Made by a program: the position numbers and the translations under genes. Below the pieces are notes generated by a model. The model worked only from the letters and a program-made list of their open reading frames with translations, made no database searches and was not told the origin of the DNA. DNA of 58,320 nt from Actinomycetota bacterium (GTDB taxonomy: Bacteria; Actinomycetota; Actinomycetes; S36-B12; UBA5976), in assembly GCA_026393095.1 (NCBI GenBank), contig JAPLAV010000102.1, forward strand, positions 1 through 58,320. Reading direction: 5' to 3'. Of this stretch, positions 22,007 through 33,974 are shown one piece after another. Position 1 is the stretch's first letter; each line of letters starts with the position of its first letter.

Positions 22007-22579
22007 ATGTTTATTATTTTTACAGCGTGGAATTATCCAGTAACAATTTTGGAATTATCAGCAGTTATTACTTCACTAATTGGCGTTTGGCTAGGAACAA
22101 ATGGAGCCAGATTTACTTGGCCGTGGTGGGTAACTGGTTCAATTCTTTATGGCTTGTTATTTCTTCAGTACGACTTGATTGCAAGTGCTGCTCTGCAATT
22201 AGTTTTTATCGCTGGAGGCATTTGGGGTTGGTTTGGTTGGGGAAAAAGTGGAGCCAAGCCTGGAAGTTTAAGAAATAAAGAAAGAGCAATTTGGTTTTTG
22301 GCTTTAGTCGTTTCCTGGATTTTGTTAGCACCCGCACTTGCCTCAATTGGTGCTGCAGCAACTTGGCTAGATTCATTTATTTTGTTAGGTAGTTTGATCG
22401 CACAAATATTAATGGTTCGAGAAAAATTTGAAGCTTGGCCAATTTGGTTTGTTGTAGATTTTGTAGCAACTATTCACTATGCAAGACAAGATCTTTGGTT
22501 TACTTCACTGCTCTACATCGTTTTCACCATTATCGCTTTAGTTGGCTGGAGAAAGTGGCAGAGCAAGGCTCAGATTTAA
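22007..22579 (+). CDS. pnuC: PnuC-family vitamin transporter (PnuT-like thiamine or thiamine-precursor transporter, inferred from the TPP riboswitch)
   Basis: 190-aa polytopic, Trp-rich membrane protein (WPWWVTGSILYG, GIWGWFGWG, WPIWFVVDF) typical of PnuC. ATG 22007 follows the riboswitch SD. The track start 21977 lies inside the aptamer. Confidence 0.8.
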   Translation: MFIIFTAWNYPVTILELSAVITSLIGVWLGTNGARFTWPWWVTGSILYGLLFLQYDLIASAALQLVFIAGGIWGWFGWGKSGAKPGSLRNKERAIWFLALVVSWILLAPALASIGAAATWLDSFILLGSLIAQILMVREKFEAWPIWFVVDFVATIHYARQDLWFTSLLYIVFTIIALVGWRKWQSKAQI

Positions 22580-23184
22580 TGAGTCAAGTTTATAACTTGT
22601 CAGATCTTGTTCAAAACGTAAATTCATCTAGCAAAAAATGTGGGCAAACAAAGATTGTTGTTATTGATGGGCCAGCAGGTTCGGGAAAAACTACTTTAGC
22701 TAAATCTCTATCCGGATTATTAGAAAACTGTCCGATAATTCATATGGATGAAATATATGAGGGCTGGGAAAACGCACTGTCACCAAAAACTTCTCAGGAT
22801 TTGGTGGAATGGATTATCAATCCATTATTAGAAGATAAATCTATTGAATATATAAAATATGATTGGAATCTGGAACAAAGAATTGAAAAGGTAGTCATCA
22901 ATAATCCCCAAGTAATGATTATCGAAGGTGTGGGTTCTTCTGTATCTGAAATTTCTAAACATGCGTGCTTGAAATTGTGGATTGAAGTTAATGAGGAAAC
23001 CGGAATTAATCGGGTATTGACTCGGGATGGTCTACAGATTCAAGAGCAGATGAAAAAATGGCAAAGCCAAGAATCCAAATTCTTTATTGAAAATAACTCG
23101 AAAGAAAATTCAGATATTTGGATTGATGGGGATCCCGTGGTGAAAATTGACACCAGTTCCCAATTCGTGAGGACTAATCGGTAA
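22579..23184 (+). CDS. P-loop nucleoside/nucleotide-kinase-like protein of unknown substrate
   Basis: Walker [24 protein letters not shown] and YIKYDW segments. Its ATG overlaps the pnuC-like stop (TAATG). The track start 22435 lies inside the upstream gene. Confidence 0.75.
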   Translation: MSQVYNLSDLVQNVNSSSKKCGQTKIVVIDGPAGSGKTTLAKSLSGLLENCPIIHMDEIYEGWENALSPKTSQDLVEWIINPLLEDKSIEYIKYDWNLEQRIEKVVINNPQVMIIEGVGSSVSEISKHACLKLWIEVNEETGINRVLTRDGLQIQEQMKKWQSQESKFFIENNSKENSDIWIDGDPVVKIDTSSQFVRTNR

Positions 23185-23194
23185 GTTTTACTTC

Positions 23195-25681
23195 GTGAAC
23201 AACCCAAAAGACAACCAAGAGCTAAATGCAACTTTAGACATCGAGGCTATTCAAGCCAAATGGTTACCAATTTGGGAAAAGAAACAACCGTTTAATGCCT
23301 CTAACGATCCAGATGATGATCGTAAAAGAATTTATGTTTTGGATATGTTTTCGTATCCATCTGGTGATTTGCACATGGGTCATGCCGAAGCATTTGCAAT
23401 TGGTGATGTTGTTTCCAGATATTACTTTCAAAAAAATTATAACGTTTTCCATCCAGTTGGTTGGGATTCATTTGGTTTGCCTGCAGAAAACGCTGCGATT
23501 AAACGTGGTGAAAATCCTGCCAAATGGACTTATGCAAATATTGAAACTCAAGCTGAATCATTTAAGCGTTACGCAATTTCTTTTGATTGGTCACACAGAC
23601 TTCATACATCCGATCCTGAATATTACAAATGGACCCAATGGCTCTTTTTACAGTTATATAAAAAAGGTTTGGCTTATCGAAAAGCTAGCAATGTCAACTG
23701 GTGTCCTTCTTGTCAAACAGTTCTAGCAAATGAGCAAGTAGTTGCAGGAGCATGTGAAAGATGTAGTGCTGTTGTAACGAAAAGAGAATTAACGCAGTGG
23801 TATTTCAAAATTACGGATTATTCTCAAAGACTGCTTGATGACATGGAACAACTTGAAGGTAAATGGCCTGAACGAGTTTTGACCATGCAAAAGAACTGGA
23901 TCGGTAAATCTGAAGGTGCCTATGTGGATTTTCAGGTTGAAGGAATTGAAAAACCTGTAACAGTTTTTACCACAAGACCAGATACATTATTTGGAGCAAC
24001 GTTTTTTGTAGTTGCAGCAGATTCTAAACTTGCTCAAGAGTTAGTTCTGGAAGAAAAGAAAATAGAATTAAACAATTATATTCAAGAAGTAAGAAAAGCT
24101 ACCGATATTGAACGACTTGCAACAGATAGACCTAAATCTGGAGTTTTCCTTGGTCGCTATGCCATAAATCCAGCAACTCAACAAAAGATCCAAGTTTGGG
24201 CATCAGATTATGTCTTAGCTGATTATGGAACCGGTGCAATTATGGCAGTTCCGGCACATGATCAAAGAGATTTAGATTTTGCAAAAGCATTTAAATTACC
24301 TGTCCAAGTAGTTGTTGATACTGGTGAAGAAGATCCTGCCTTAACGGGTGTAGCAACACCTGGTGATGGCAAATTAATTAATTCAGGACCATTAGATGGT
24401 TTAGACAAAGTTTCAGCAATTAAGAAGATTAATGAAATTCTTGAAAAAAATAAGCAAGGAAAAGGTGCGGTTAATTTCCGTTTACGTGACTGGTTAATTT
24501 CTCGTCAACGTTATTGGGGAGCCCCAATTCCAATCATTCATTGCCCAAAATGCGGTGAAGTAGCGGTGCCTGAATCTGAATTACCAGTTCGATTACCAGA
24601 TTTAGCAGGAGACCAACTTGCTCCTAAGGGAACCTCTCCGTTAGCTGCAGCAACAAGTTGGGTCAATACAAAATGTCCAAAGTGTGGCAGTGATGCTCAA
24701 AGAGACAGTGACACTATGGATACATTTGTCGATTCTTCTTGGTATTACTTACGTTATCCATCAGCTCATGATGCAACTAAAGCCTTTGATCCGGCCCAAC
24801 TAAAACGTTGGTTACCAGTTGAGCAATATGTAGGTGGCGTAGAGCATGCAATTTTACATTTGCTTTATTCAAGATTTTTCACAAAAGTATTAAACGATTT
24901 AGGTTTAGTTGATTTCAACGAACCATTTAAAGCCTTATTAAATCAAGGTCAAGTAATTCTTGATGGTGCTGCAATGAGTAAATCAAAAGGAAATATGGTT
25001 GATTTAGGCGAACAAATTGCAGAATTTGGTGTTGATGCTGTGCGCTTAACGATGGTTTTTGCAGGACCACCAGAAGATGACATTGATTGGGCTGAAGTTT
25101 CCCCAGGTGGTTCAAAGAAGTTTTTAGCAAGAGCTTGGCGCTTAGCTAAAGATGTAACTTCGGAAGTTGATGAAGATTTTGAAAAAGGTGAGTTATCGCT
25201 TCGTCAAGCAACACATAGAACTATTGCTGAAATTACAACTTTGATCGAATCTTTCAGATTCAATGTGGTTATCGCTAGAACAATGGAACTAGTAAACGTG
25301 ACTAGAAAAGCCATAGATACAGGTTGTGGTCCAAAAGATCCAGCAGTAAGAGAAGCCGTTGAAGCAATCACCATTATTTTGTCTTTGTTTGCCCCATACA
25401 CATCAGAAGAGATGTGGGAAATTCTTGGTCACAAAGAACTTGTTTCAAAAGCCGGATGGCCACAAGTTGATCCAAAACTTCTAGTTAGAGATTCAGTTGT
25501 ATGTGTTGTGCAAGTGTCTGGAAAATTAAGAGCAAGATTAGACGTATCACCAGATATTTCCTCCGAAGAGTTGGAGAAATTAGCCCTGGAGACACCAAAT
25601 GTTGTCAAAATCTTAGATGGAAAAGCCATCAGAACTGTAATTGTTCGTGCTCCAAAATTAGTTAATATCGTTCCTGAATAA
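23195..25681 (+). CDS. leuS: Leucine--tRNA ligase
   Basis: HIGH-type [20 protein letters not shown] and the CP1 editing domain. 828 aa. Confidence 0.96.
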   Translation: MNNPKDNQELNATLDIEAIQAKWLPIWEKKQPFNASNDPDDDRKRIYVLDMFSYPSGDLHMGHAEAFAIGDVVSRYYFQKNYNVFHPVGWDSFGLPAENAAIKRGENPAKWTYANIETQAESFKRYAISFDWSHRLHTSDPEYYKWTQWLFLQLYKKGLAYRKASNVNWCPSCQTVLANEQVVAGACERCSAVVTKRELTQWYFKITDYSQRLLDDMEQLEGKWPERVLTMQKNWIGKSEGAYVDFQVEGIEKPVTVFTTRPDTLFGATFFVVAADSKLAQELVLEEKKIELNNYIQEVRKATDIERLATDRPKSGVFLGRYAINPATQQKIQVWASDYVLADYGTGAIMAVPAHDQRDLDFAKAFKLPVQVVVDTGEEDPALTGVATPGDGKLINSGPLDGLDKVSAIKKINEILEKNKQGKGAVNFRLRDWLISRQRYWGAPIPIIHCPKCGEVAVPESELPVRLPDLAGDQLAPKGTSPLAAATSWVNTKCPKCGSDAQRDSDTMDTFVDSSWYYLRYPSAHDATKAFDPAQLKRWLPVEQYVGGVEHAILHLLYSRFFTKVLNDLGLVDFNEPFKALLNQGQVILDGAAMSKSKGNMVDLGEQIAEFGVDAVRLTMVFAGPPEDDIDWAEVSPGGSKKFLARAWRLAKDVTSEVDEDFEKGELSLRQATHRTIAEITTLIESFRFNVVIARTMELVNVTRKAIDTGCGPKDPAVREAVEAITIILSLFAPYTSEEMWEILGHKELVSKAGWPQVDPKLLVRDSVVCVVQVSGKLRARLDVSPDISSEELEKLALETPNVVKILDGKAIRTVIVRAPKLVNIVPE

Positions 25682-25755
25682 TCCACAGCTAAGGTTTTTC
25701 CACAGTAAGTAATTTCTAAAACAATAAATTTTGGGTGTAATCCCATAATTATCTA

Positions 25756-26460
25756 ATGCCTGAATTAGATAAAGATGAAGTTGTTGAGAAGTTAATCAAG
25801 ATAGCTAAAAAGAATCTAAAGCCTGCAAAAAAGAATGAAAATCTTCCAACCCGCGCTAATTGGAGATTTGAGATTCCTCCAAGAAATATCAGAACTATTT
25901 CAGTAATCCTTTTGTTGTCTGCAATTTTTTCTGGCATGTATTGGTGGAATTCCAAAATTAGAGATAATGAGCAATCGGATTTGATTATTCCTGCTTCAGA
26001 GTCAGTTGAACAAATAGATCAAGAAAATATAGCTTTATCTGAAGTAGTGGTCTATGTGTCAGGCGATGTTATAAAAACTGGGGTATTTACATTACCTAGT
26101 GGATCACGAGTAATTGACGCTTTAGAAAAAGCTGGAGGGCTAACTAAAAATGGGAAAATTGGCGACAATAATCTAGCAAGGCTAATAACCGATGGCGAAC
26201 AAATTGACTTTAGTAGTAACTCAAATCCAAATTCTAAACAAACGAGTAATAACGCAAAGAAATCAAATGGATGTATAAATCTAAATACTTCAACTCTGAG
26301 CGAATTAGACTCGCTCCCTGGAGTAGGACCAGTTTTAGCGCAACGAATAATCGACTGGAAAGAGTCAAATGGGGGATTCAAATCTGTAGAGCAGCTAAGC
26401 GAGGTTAGCGGTATTGGAAAATCAAAATACTCAACGATCAGCGCTAAATCTTGCGTCTAG
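25756..26460 (+). CDS. comEA: Competence protein ComEA (DNA receptor)
   Basis: N-terminal TM helix, SLBB-like segment and C-terminal tandem helix-hairpin-helix ([39 protein letters not shown]). Confidence 0.85.
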   Translation: MPELDKDEVVEKLIKIAKKNLKPAKKNENLPTRANWRFEIPPRNIRTISVILLLSAIFSGMYWWNSKIRDNEQSDLIIPASESVEQIDQENIALSEVVVYVSGDVIKTGVFTLPSGSRVIDALEKAGGLTKNGKIGDNNLARLITDGEQIDFSSNSNPNSKQTSNNAKKSNGCINLNTSTLSELDSLPGVGPVLAQRIIDWKESNGGFKSVEQLSEVSGIGKSKYSTISAKSCV

Positions 26461-28748
26461 ATATTGATGCTAGATTCTTACCTTTTGCAATAATTATTTG
26501 GGCGGTTTCACTCTTAACCATTACTGGTAAATACGTTCTCATTGCATTACTAGTTGTTGTATTTCTGATCTCTATTTATTTTAAGAAATTTAAGTTCATT
26601 CATCTATTTGTAATTCTTGTTACATTTCTTAGTGCTTTCTCACGAACCACAAATACCCAGATTCCCAATTTAACTCCAGGGATCCCCGTAATCATGGAAG
26701 TGAAAGTCATTTCGGACTTAAGCAAAAAAGTGGGCAGAAATATTGGAATTTACAGAGAAGAAGAAAGTAACTTTGTAATTGCTAAATCAATTCGTCTTGA
26801 GGAAGTAGGAATCGAAGATCCTAGAAGGATTAATTATAAGTCAAAGATAAAAATCGAATTAGGCAAATTCAGTGACAAAGTTGAATTCGGTACAAAACTT
26901 ACAGTCAAAGGTAAAATCAGTGCATACAACTTTCAAAATATAGCCTATTCACTAAAAGTTGAAGAGTATTCGATTTTAAAAGAAGCAAATCTATTTGACA
27001 AAGCAATAAACAAAGTGCGAAGTAATTTCTTAGCGACAACATCATCACTTTCGGGAGATACCCGTGAACTTCTTCCTGGATTAATTTTAGGCGACACCAG
27101 GAATCAATCATTGTCCTTAAGTCAAGATATGAAAAATAGTGGTCTAACGCATCTAACTGCAGTTAGTGGTGGAAACATTGCAATTCTCTTATTAGCAATC
27201 ATTTGGCTATGTCAAAAATCTAAATTCACGATAAGAAAACAGATAATGACTGGATTAGTTGTTTTAATCATTTTTGCCCTTCTAGTAAGAACCGAACCAA
27301 GTGTTGTTCGAGCATCTTTAATGGGAGCGATATCTCTGCTTGGTCTTTTCACCGGAACAAGGAGACATGGAATTTCAGCTCTTGTGGCGACAATATGTGT
27401 TGCGTTACTTTTGGATCCAAATTTGGCAGTCTCTTGGGGTTTTTGTCTCTCAGTATTTGCAACAGCAGGTTTATTAGTTTTTACTAGAACTTTTGCAAAT
27501 AGAATTTCAGACTTTGTTCCAAGAATTCCTGAATCACTTTCTGTTTTGATAGCAGTTGCACTATCTGCACAAATTTCTACTGCAGGACTCATTGCTGGAT
27601 TTAGTGGGCAGATAACTCTTTGGTCTATCCCAGCTAATTTACTTGCTTCACCTGCGATTCCTTTTGTCACAATTCTGGGATATCTATCTCTGGTTTTTTC
27701 TAATTTCTACACACCGATTGCATACATCTTTGGATACCTAGCTTCAATCTTTGCCAACTGGATTGGATTTCTTGCTCACTATTTTGCTTCTCAAGAATCA
27801 AGCATTATTCATGTCCCAAAAGGAATTATCGGATTTTTACTGATCAGTTTCATTATGGCTTTATCGGCGTCTCTTTTCTTTCTAATTGCAAAGACAAAAA
27901 TTGAGCACAAAAGAACTCTGTCAATATCTTTATTTTTGATACTTATTTGTTTAGTCGTCTTAAAAACTAAAGAACCAAAGAATTGGCCAATAAGTAATTG
28001 GCAATTTGTGATGTGTGATGTTGGTCAAGGTGATGGATTGGTTTTAAGAGATTCAACTGGCAAGGTTTTAGTAGTAGACGTTGGCCCCAATGGTCAATTA
28101 ATGAATGATTGCTTAAAGAAATTAGGAGTAAAAACTATAGATGTATTGATGCTTACACATTTTCACGCAGATCACGTAGAAGGACTTGAGTTAGTTAAAA
28201 ATCGGCACAAAATTGAAAAGGTCTATTTAACTTGGGTAGAAGATCCAATCTATGAAGTAGAACGAACTAGAGCCTTACTTATTGGCATTCAAACCTCTCA
28301 CATAGCATCTGGAGAAGTTATTTCCTTAGGTGAAATGAAAATAAAGTGCTTGTGGCCTACAAGAATTAAATTAAATCTGGGTTCTATTCCTAATAACGCA
28401 AGTCTTGTTAATTTGGTAACAATCAAGAATGCCTCATTTTTATTGACTGGCGATATTGAACCTCCAGCTCAAGAAGCAATTCAAAAACTTTGGAAGATTC
28501 CTCAAGTTGATGTAGTGAAAGTTCCCCACCATGGTTCAAAATTTCAGGACGCAAATTTCCCTAAATGGACTAGAGCGCGATTAGCACTAATAAGTGTTGG
28601 GCAAGAAAATAGTTATGGGCACCCAGCCAAATTAACTCTGGATTTGTATCGTGATTCAGGTATGCAGGTGTTAAGTACTGATGAAGTTGGTTCCATTGCG
28701 ATTGGCATAAGTGCCGACGACTCGATCCAAGTCAGCACTAAAGACTAG
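26451..28748 (+). CDS. comEC: DNA internalisation channel ComEC/Rec2 with C-terminal metallo-beta-lactamase domain
   Basis: Polytopic competence domain followed by MCDVGQGDG and [10 protein letters not shown] (MBL motif). It overlaps the comEA end. Confidence 0.88.
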   Translation: MRLDIDARFLPFAIIIWAVSLLTITGKYVLIALLVVVFLISIYFKKFKFIHLFVILVTFLSAFSRTTNTQIPNLTPGIPVIMEVKVISDLSKKVGRNIGIYREEESNFVIAKSIRLEEVGIEDPRRINYKSKIKIELGKFSDKVEFGTKLTVKGKISAYNFQNIAYSLKVEEYSILKEANLFDKAINKVRSNFLATTSSLSGDTRELLPGLILGDTRNQSLSLSQDMKNSGLTHLTAVSGGNIAILLLAIIWLCQKSKFTIRKQIMTGLVVLIIFALLVRTEPSVVRASLMGAISLLGLFTGTRRHGISALVATICVALLLDPNLAVSWGFCLSVFATAGLLVFTRTFANRISDFVPRIPESLSVLIAVALSAQISTAGLIAGFSGQITLWSIPANLLASPAIPFVTILGYLSLVFSNFYTPIAYIFGYLASIFANWIGFLAHYFASQESSIIHVPKGIIGFLLISFIMALSASLFFLIAKTKIEHKRTLSISLFLILICLVVLKTKEPKNWPISNWQFVMCDVGQGDGLVLRDSTGKVLVVDVGPNGQLMNDCLKKLGVKTIDVLMLTHFHADHVEGLELVKNRHKIEKVYLTWVEDPIYEVERTRALLIGIQTSHIASGEVISLGEMKIKCLWPTRIKLNLGSIPNNASLVNLVTIKNASFLLTGDIEPPAQEAIQKLWKIPQVDVVKVPHHGSKFQDANFPKWTRARLALISVGQENSYGHPAKLTLDLYRDSGMQVLSTDEVGSIAIGISADDSIQVSTKD

Positions 28749-28766
28749 TCTTAGTTTAGAGACCTC

Positions 28767-29765
28767 ATGACTAACTTACCCAAATTAACCCTGATAACAG
28801 GTACCACTGATCTGCTCGTAGACAGAGCTTTGGAAAAAGTATGGAGTGCATTAAAAACAAATATTAAAGACATAAGTAAACAAGAAATTGATGCAACAAG
28901 TGAAGATGCATATATTGAATTTGCTGACGCCATGTCACCCAATCTTTTTGGCAGTTCTTATCTAGTAATTGTTGATCACATCAATGTTGCTGAAGACAAA
29001 TTAGATGAGAAATTAGTAGAGGCTTTAAAGAATGCCGAATCAAATATTTCTGAAGAGAACTATCTTGTTGTAATTCACAGGGGAGGTGCTGGGGGAACAG
29101 GCATAGTGAAAGCCCTGCAAAAACAAAAAGTTGCTGAAATTAAATGCGAAACAATTAAAGATCCTCATGAATATTTAGATTTCATGAGGTTAGAGTTCAA
29201 AAGAAATAAGAAAACAATCGACGAAGATGCCTTACTTGCTCTAAGAGATGCGGTCGGAGAAGAACTAGATGAACTGTCAGGTGCCATCAATCAACTATGT
29301 TTTGATGTTCTCGAGGACAAGATCACGCTTGAGTCTGTAAAAAAGTATTATCAAGGTAATGCCGCTGTAAAAGTTTTTGATATTACTAACGCATTATTTA
29401 ATGCAGATCCCCATTCAGCACTTGAGAAATTAAATGATTTACTGGAACAAGATAGTAATTCATTTGTTTATATCGTTTCTGTCCTTGCAGGATCCTTAAG
29501 AAAATTGGTTAAGTTAGCTGGTTTACCAACGTCTGCAAGCGATTTTCAAATCGCGCAGGAACTAGGAATTAATCCAAAACAAGTTAAATATCTGAAGTCT
29601 CAGTTAAGGAATTGGACTCCAACTTCATTAGCTAATGCGGTTGTTGAGTTAGCAAAAGTAGATGCTCTTGTAAGAGCTGGTTTTGATGGAATTTACTTAG
29701 ATAACAACCAAAAAAGATTCTTACTTGAAACAACAATTCAAAAAATTGGTGCTTCAGCTAGATAA
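28767..29765 (+). CDS. holA: DNA polymerase III subunit delta
   Basis: 332 aa, helical HolA-like. Conserved position after comEC and convergent with rpsT, as in other Actinobacteria. Confidence 0.82.
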   Translation: MTNLPKLTLITGTTDLLVDRALEKVWSALKTNIKDISKQEIDATSEDAYIEFADAMSPNLFGSSYLVIVDHINVAEDKLDEKLVEALKNAESNISEENYLVVIHRGGAGGTGIVKALQKQKVAEIKCETIKDPHEYLDFMRLEFKRNKKTIDEDALLALRDAVGEELDELSGAINQLCFDVLEDKITLESVKKYYQGNAAVKVFDITNALFNADPHSALEKLNDLLEQDSNSFVYIVSVLAGSLRKLVKLAGLPTSASDFQIAQELGINPKQVKYLKSQLRNWTPTSLANAVVELAKVDALVRAGFDGIYLDNNQKRFLLETTIQKIGASAR

Positions 29766-29766
29766 A

Positions 29767-30030
29767 TTACTTCTTCTTTTTTGCTAGTCTCTTATCAATT
29801 GCAGATTTACGATTAGCTGCTTGGTTTTTATGCAAAACACCTTTAGCAGCAGCCTTATCTAATTTCTTACTAACTTCGCGAGCAAGCTTTGCAGCATTAG
29901 CGTCGCCTTTTTCTAAAGCTTCGTTGAAATGACGGATTGCAGTTTTGATTGAGGAACGCACACCTTTGTTGCGATCGCGTGCAGCATTGTTTTGTCCGAT
30001 GCGCTTAATTTGCGACTTAATATTTGCCAC
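29767..30030 (-). CDS. rpsT: 30S ribosomal protein S20
   Basis: (V)[32 protein letters not shown] at 30030 gives the canonical 87 aa. The track start 30072 is too long. Confidence 0.93.
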   Translation of the reverse strand: MANIKSQIKRIGQNNAARDRNKGVRSSIKTAIRHFNEALEKGDANAAKLAREVSKKLDKAAAKGVLHKNQAANRKSAIDKRLAKKKK

Positions 30031-30104
30031 TTTTAAATGCTCATTTCTTAGTTGTGATGTGCTGTGAGGCACTTGTGTGCACCGCAGGCTCTCAAGGGTA
30101 GCGT

Positions 30105-32027
30105 GTGACTGTAAAGCAAGGGGAAAGCACCCTTAAGCATGCTCCAATTATTAGAGGAAAGACCACCAGGCTCATCGTGACCATTGAGATAAATCCCGCT
30201 GGCACAACACCGCCTGAGTTAATTAGAAACTTTTGCGTTATCGCGCATATTGATCATGGCAAATCAACATTGGCTGATCGAATGTTGCAAATAACAGGTG
30301 TCGTAGAAGAAAGAAATATGCGTGCTCAGTACTTGGATCGAATGGATATTGAGCGTGAACGCGGAATCACAATTAAATCTCAAGCAGTTCGCCTACCTTG
30401 GGTAGGACTAGACAATAAAAATTACATACTTAATTTGATTGATACTCCTGGACACGTTGATTTCACCTACGAAGTAAGTAGATCTTTAGAAGCTTGCGAA
30501 GGCACCATTTTATTGGTCGATGCTGCTCAAGGAATCGAAGCGCAAACTTTGGCAAATCTTTATTTAGCCTTAGAAAATGATATGACAATCATTCCGGTGT
30601 TAAACAAAATTGATTTACCAGCAGCACAACCTGATAAATATGCTGCAGAGTTAGCAAACATTGTTGGATGCAAACCAGGTGATGTATTAAGAGTCAGTGC
30701 CAAAACAGGCCAAGGAGTTAAAGAGTTACTTGATTTAGTTGTAGTTGAAGTGCCTGCACCAGTTGGTGATGCAAATGCACCGGCTCGTGCCATGATTTTT
30801 GATTCGGTTTATGACACTTACCGTGGTGTTGTTACCTATGTTCGAGTCATTGATGGCAAATTAACTCCTCGCCAAAAAATTAAAATGATGTCCTCAGGTG
30901 CCACGCATGAACTTCTAGATATAGGTGTAATTTCTCCTGAACCAAAATCCACAAAAGGTTTAGGGGTTGGAGAAGTTGGTTATTTAATAACCGGGGTAAA
31001 AGATGTTCGCCAATCTCGAGTAGGTGACACGATTACTGATTTCGTTAAACCTGCAACTCAAGCTTTAGCTGGTTTTAGAGATCCAAAGCCAATGGTTTTT
31101 GCTGGCTTATTTCCTATTGATGGCAGCGATTATCCATTACTACGAGATGCTTTAGATAAATTGCAATTAAATGATGCAGCATTGGTTTATGAACCAGAAT
31201 CTTCCGTTGCTTTAGGTTTTGGTTACAGATGCGGATTTTTAGGTTTACTTCATTTAGAAATTGTTAGAGAAAGATTAGATCGAGAATTTAACTTAAGTTT
31301 GATCTCAACTGCTCCAAGTGTGGGATATCGAATCTTGATGGAAGATGGCCAAGAAATTGATATCACTAATCCAAGTGAATTTCCAAGTGGCAAAGTTTCT
31401 GAAATTTATGAACCAGTAGTGAAAGCAACAATTCTTACTCCCAGTGAGTACATAGGCCCAGTTATGGAACTAGCCCAAGAGCGTCGTGGGCAAATGCACA
31501 ATATGGATTATTTATCTGAAGATCGAGTTGAACTTAGATACACTTTGCCTTTGGCAGAAATTGTGTTTGATTTCTTTGATCAATTGAAATCAAAAACTAG
31601 AGGTTATGCCTCTTTTGATTATGAACCATCTGGTGAACAGGTTGCAGATTTAGTAAAAGTTGACATTTTATTACACGGCGATCCAGTCGATGCATTTTCA
31701 TCCATTGTGCACAAAGACAAAGCTTATGCATATGGAGTAGAAATGACTGGAAGATTAAAAGAATTAATCCCAAGACAGCAATTTGAAGTTCCAATTCAAG
31801 CAGCAATTGGTGCAAGAATTATTGCCCGAGAATCTATTAGAGCAATTAGAAAAGACGTATTAGCAAAATGCTATGGCGGAGATATCAGTCGTAAGCGAAA
31901 ACTTTTGGAGAAACAAAAAGAAGGAAAGAAGCGCATGAAGATGGTGGGCCGAGTAGAAGTACCTCAAGAAGCCTTCGTGGCAGCCCTGCAAACCAACGCT
32001 GATTCTGCCTCTAAAGACAAGAAATAA
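30105..32027 (+). CDS. lepA: Translation elongation factor 4 (LepA)
   Basis: [20 protein letters not shown] (G1), DTPGHVDF (G3), NKID (G4) and a LepA C-terminal domain. The true start is probably downstream of the track start (for example GTG 30177). Confidence 0.94.
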   Translation: MTVKQGESTLKHAPIIRGKTTRLIVTIEINPAGTTPPELIRNFCVIAHIDHGKSTLADRMLQITGVVEERNMRAQYLDRMDIERERGITIKSQAVRLPWVGLDNKNYILNLIDTPGHVDFTYEVSRSLEACEGTILLVDAAQGIEAQTLANLYLALENDMTIIPVLNKIDLPAAQPDKYAAELANIVGCKPGDVLRVSAKTGQGVKELLDLVVVEVPAPVGDANAPARAMIFDSVYDTYRGVVTYVRVIDGKLTPRQKIKMMSSGATHELLDIGVISPEPKSTKGLGVGEVGYLITGVKDVRQSRVGDTITDFVKPATQALAGFRDPKPMVFAGLFPIDGSDYPLLRDALDKLQLNDAALVYEPESSVALGFGYRCGFLGLLHLEIVRERLDREFNLSLISTAPSVGYRILMEDGQEIDITNPSEFPSGKVSEIYEPVVKATILTPSEYIGPVMELAQERRGQMHNMDYLSEDRVELRYTLPLAEIVFDFFDQLKSKTRGYASFDYEPSGEQVADLVKVDILLHGDPVDAFSSIVHKDKAYAYGVEMTGRLKELIPRQQFEVPIQAAIGARIIARESIRAIRKDVLAKCYGGDISRKRKLLEKQKEGKKRMKMVGRVEVPQEAFVAALQTNADSASKDKK

Positions 32028-32124
32028 TTACCCACAAATTCAAATATTTCTCTATTTCAACTAGCCAGAACCCCGATATATCTGATAAATAAGTATGTAA
32101 CTTTTAAATCCTTAAGGAGTTTTA

Positions 32125-33960
32125 GTGACTAAGACCATGACAGGTAGTGCCACAGCACCATTTCCAACCCCTGCCAGATCTGTTGCGCACATGTTGCAAG
32201 AACGTGTTCGCGTTGCACCTAACTCATCAGCTTTCATGCGTCGCACCCAAACTGGATGGACCACTATTTCTTGGCAAAACTTTAATGAACAAGTTGTGCA
32301 TATTGCTGCAGGATTAATTGGACTTGGACTTAAAAACGAAGAACGTGTCGCAATCGCCAGTATGACTAGATATGAATGGGTTGCAGCAGACTTAGGAATT
32401 TTAACTGCTGGAGGAGCAGTAACTACTGTTTATGCTCAAACAGAACCAGATGATGTGGCATACATCTTGAATGATTCAGAGACAAAATTTGTATTCGCAG
32501 AAAATGAAGAACAACTAACCAAACTAAGAAATAGAAAGCACCAAATTCCAAATGTTCAGAAAGTAATAGTTTTTGAAGGAAGAGGCGATGGGGATTGGGT
32601 AATAAGTCTTGATGAATTAGAGGAAATGGGTAGACAACAACTTAGAAGTACTCCACGACTTGTTTCTGATCGAATTGAAACCATTAAATCTGAAAACCTG
32701 GCAACCCTGATGTACACATCAGGCACAACTGGCAGACCAAAAGGTGTGGTGCTACTTCATTCAAATTGGGCATTTGAAGGTGCAACAATCGAAACTTTAG
32801 GATTTTTAAGATCAGATGATGTGCAAATGTTATGGCTTCCCTTGGCACATTCATTTGGAAGCGTATTGCTCGCAGCCCAACTACAAATTGGATTTACTAC
32901 AGCCGTTGACGGACAAGTTGATCGCTTAGTTGAAAACTTAAGTTTCGTTAAACCAACATTCATGGGTGCTGTTCCAAGAATTTTCGAGAAAATCTATGCC
33001 AAAGTAACAGGCGATGTAGAGCATGAAGGTGGCGCCAAAGCCAAGATATTCAATTGGGCTTTAAATGTTGGAGTAAATGCTGCCAAAGCAAAAAGAATTC
33101 AGGGAATTGAACCAGACAGAGCAACAAAAGCGCAATTAGCAATTGCTAACAAATTAGTTTTCAGTAAATTGCAAAAAAGAATGGGTGGCAGGATTCGATT
33201 CTTTGTTTCAGGCGCTGCTGCTCTTTCTACAGATGTGGCTTGGTTTTTTGAAGCCGCGGGTTTAACAATTTTGGAAGGCTATGGTTTAACAGAAACAAGT
33301 GCTGCTACAACTCTTAACCGTCCTCATTCTGTAGGAATTGGCACTGTTGGAGAAATCTTTAATGGGATGGAAATAAAACTTGATACCGATGGTGAAATTT
33401 TAATTAAGGGTCCGGGAGTGATGAAGGGTTATCACAATTTGCCCGAAGAAACAGCTAAATGTTTCACTAGCGATGGATGGTTTAGAACTGGTGATATTGG
33501 CGAAATTGATGAACAAGGACGAGTCAAAATAACCGACCGAAAGAAAGATTTAGTTAAAACTTCGAACGGTAAATTTGTTGCCCTTAGTTTTATTGAATCA
33601 AAATATAAAGGAATAACAAAAATTGCTAGCAATATGATCGCGCAAGCAATAAACAAACCTTTTGTGGCAGCACTTGTTGCAGTTGACGCAGATTCCCTTA
33701 AAGCTTTTGCTGATCAAAGAAAACTTGAAGGAAGTTATAGTTCACTTTTGAGAGATAAAGCTGTGACTGATCAAATCGCAGGAGAAATAGATCAATTAAA
33801 TAGAACACTTAATCCTTGGGAACAAATCAAAGAATTTAGAGTGCTTCCTACAGACCTTGCCATCGAATCTGGAGAACTCACACCTAGTATGAAAGTTAAA
33901 CGAGATGCAGTTGGCAAACGTTACCAATCACTAATTGAAGAAATGTACGCCAACAAATAA
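32125..33960 (+). CDS. Long-chain fatty acid--CoA ligase (AMP-dependent synthetase, FadD15-like)
   Basis: AMP-binding motif MYTSGTTGRPKGVVL, plus GYGLTETS and TGDIGEIDEQGRVKITDRKKDLVKTSNGKFV. Confidence 0.88.
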   Translation: MTKTMTGSATAPFPTPARSVAHMLQERVRVAPNSSAFMRRTQTGWTTISWQNFNEQVVHIAAGLIGLGLKNEERVAIASMTRYEWVAADLGILTAGGAVTTVYAQTEPDDVAYILNDSETKFVFAENEEQLTKLRNRKHQIPNVQKVIVFEGRGDGDWVISLDELEEMGRQQLRSTPRLVSDRIETIKSENLATLMYTSGTTGRPKGVVLLHSNWAFEGATIETLGFLRSDDVQMLWLPLAHSFGSVLLAAQLQIGFTTAVDGQVDRLVENLSFVKPTFMGAVPRIFEKIYAKVTGDVEHEGGAKAKIFNWALNVGVNAAKAKRIQGIEPDRATKAQLAIANKLVFSKLQKRMGGRIRFFVSGAAALSTDVAWFFEAAGLTILEGYGLTETSAATTLNRPHSVGIGTVGEIFNGMEIKLDTDGEILIKGPGVMKGYHNLPEETAKCFTSDGWFRTGDIGEIDEQGRVKITDRKKDLVKTSNGKFVALSFIESKYKGITKIASNMIAQAINKPFVAALVAVDADSLKAFADQRKLEGSYSSLLRDKAVTDQIAGEIDQLNRTLNPWEQIKEFRVLPTDLAIESGELTPSMKVKRDAVGKRYQSLIEEMYANK

Positions 33961-33974
33961 CAAATAAGGATTAA

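Noticed and set aside
22435-22578. N-terminal extension of the P-loop kinase ORF
   Set aside because: It lies wholly inside the PnuC-family gene in another frame. ATG 22579 at the TAATG junction is the natural coupled start.
23295-23726. 143-aa alternative-frame + strand ORF inside leuS
   Set aside because: It overlaps the conserved LeuRS catalytic core in another frame, and its translation has no protein-like features.
27212-27670. 152-aa minus-strand ORF inside comEC
   Set aside because: It is antisense to the conserved membrane domain of ComEC and has no independent support.
30105-30176. First 24 codons of the lepA ORF as real coding sequence
   Set aside because: The sequence [24 protein letters not shown] precedes the conserved LepA N-terminus and overlaps the G+C-rich divergent spacer. 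It is probably leader, not protein.
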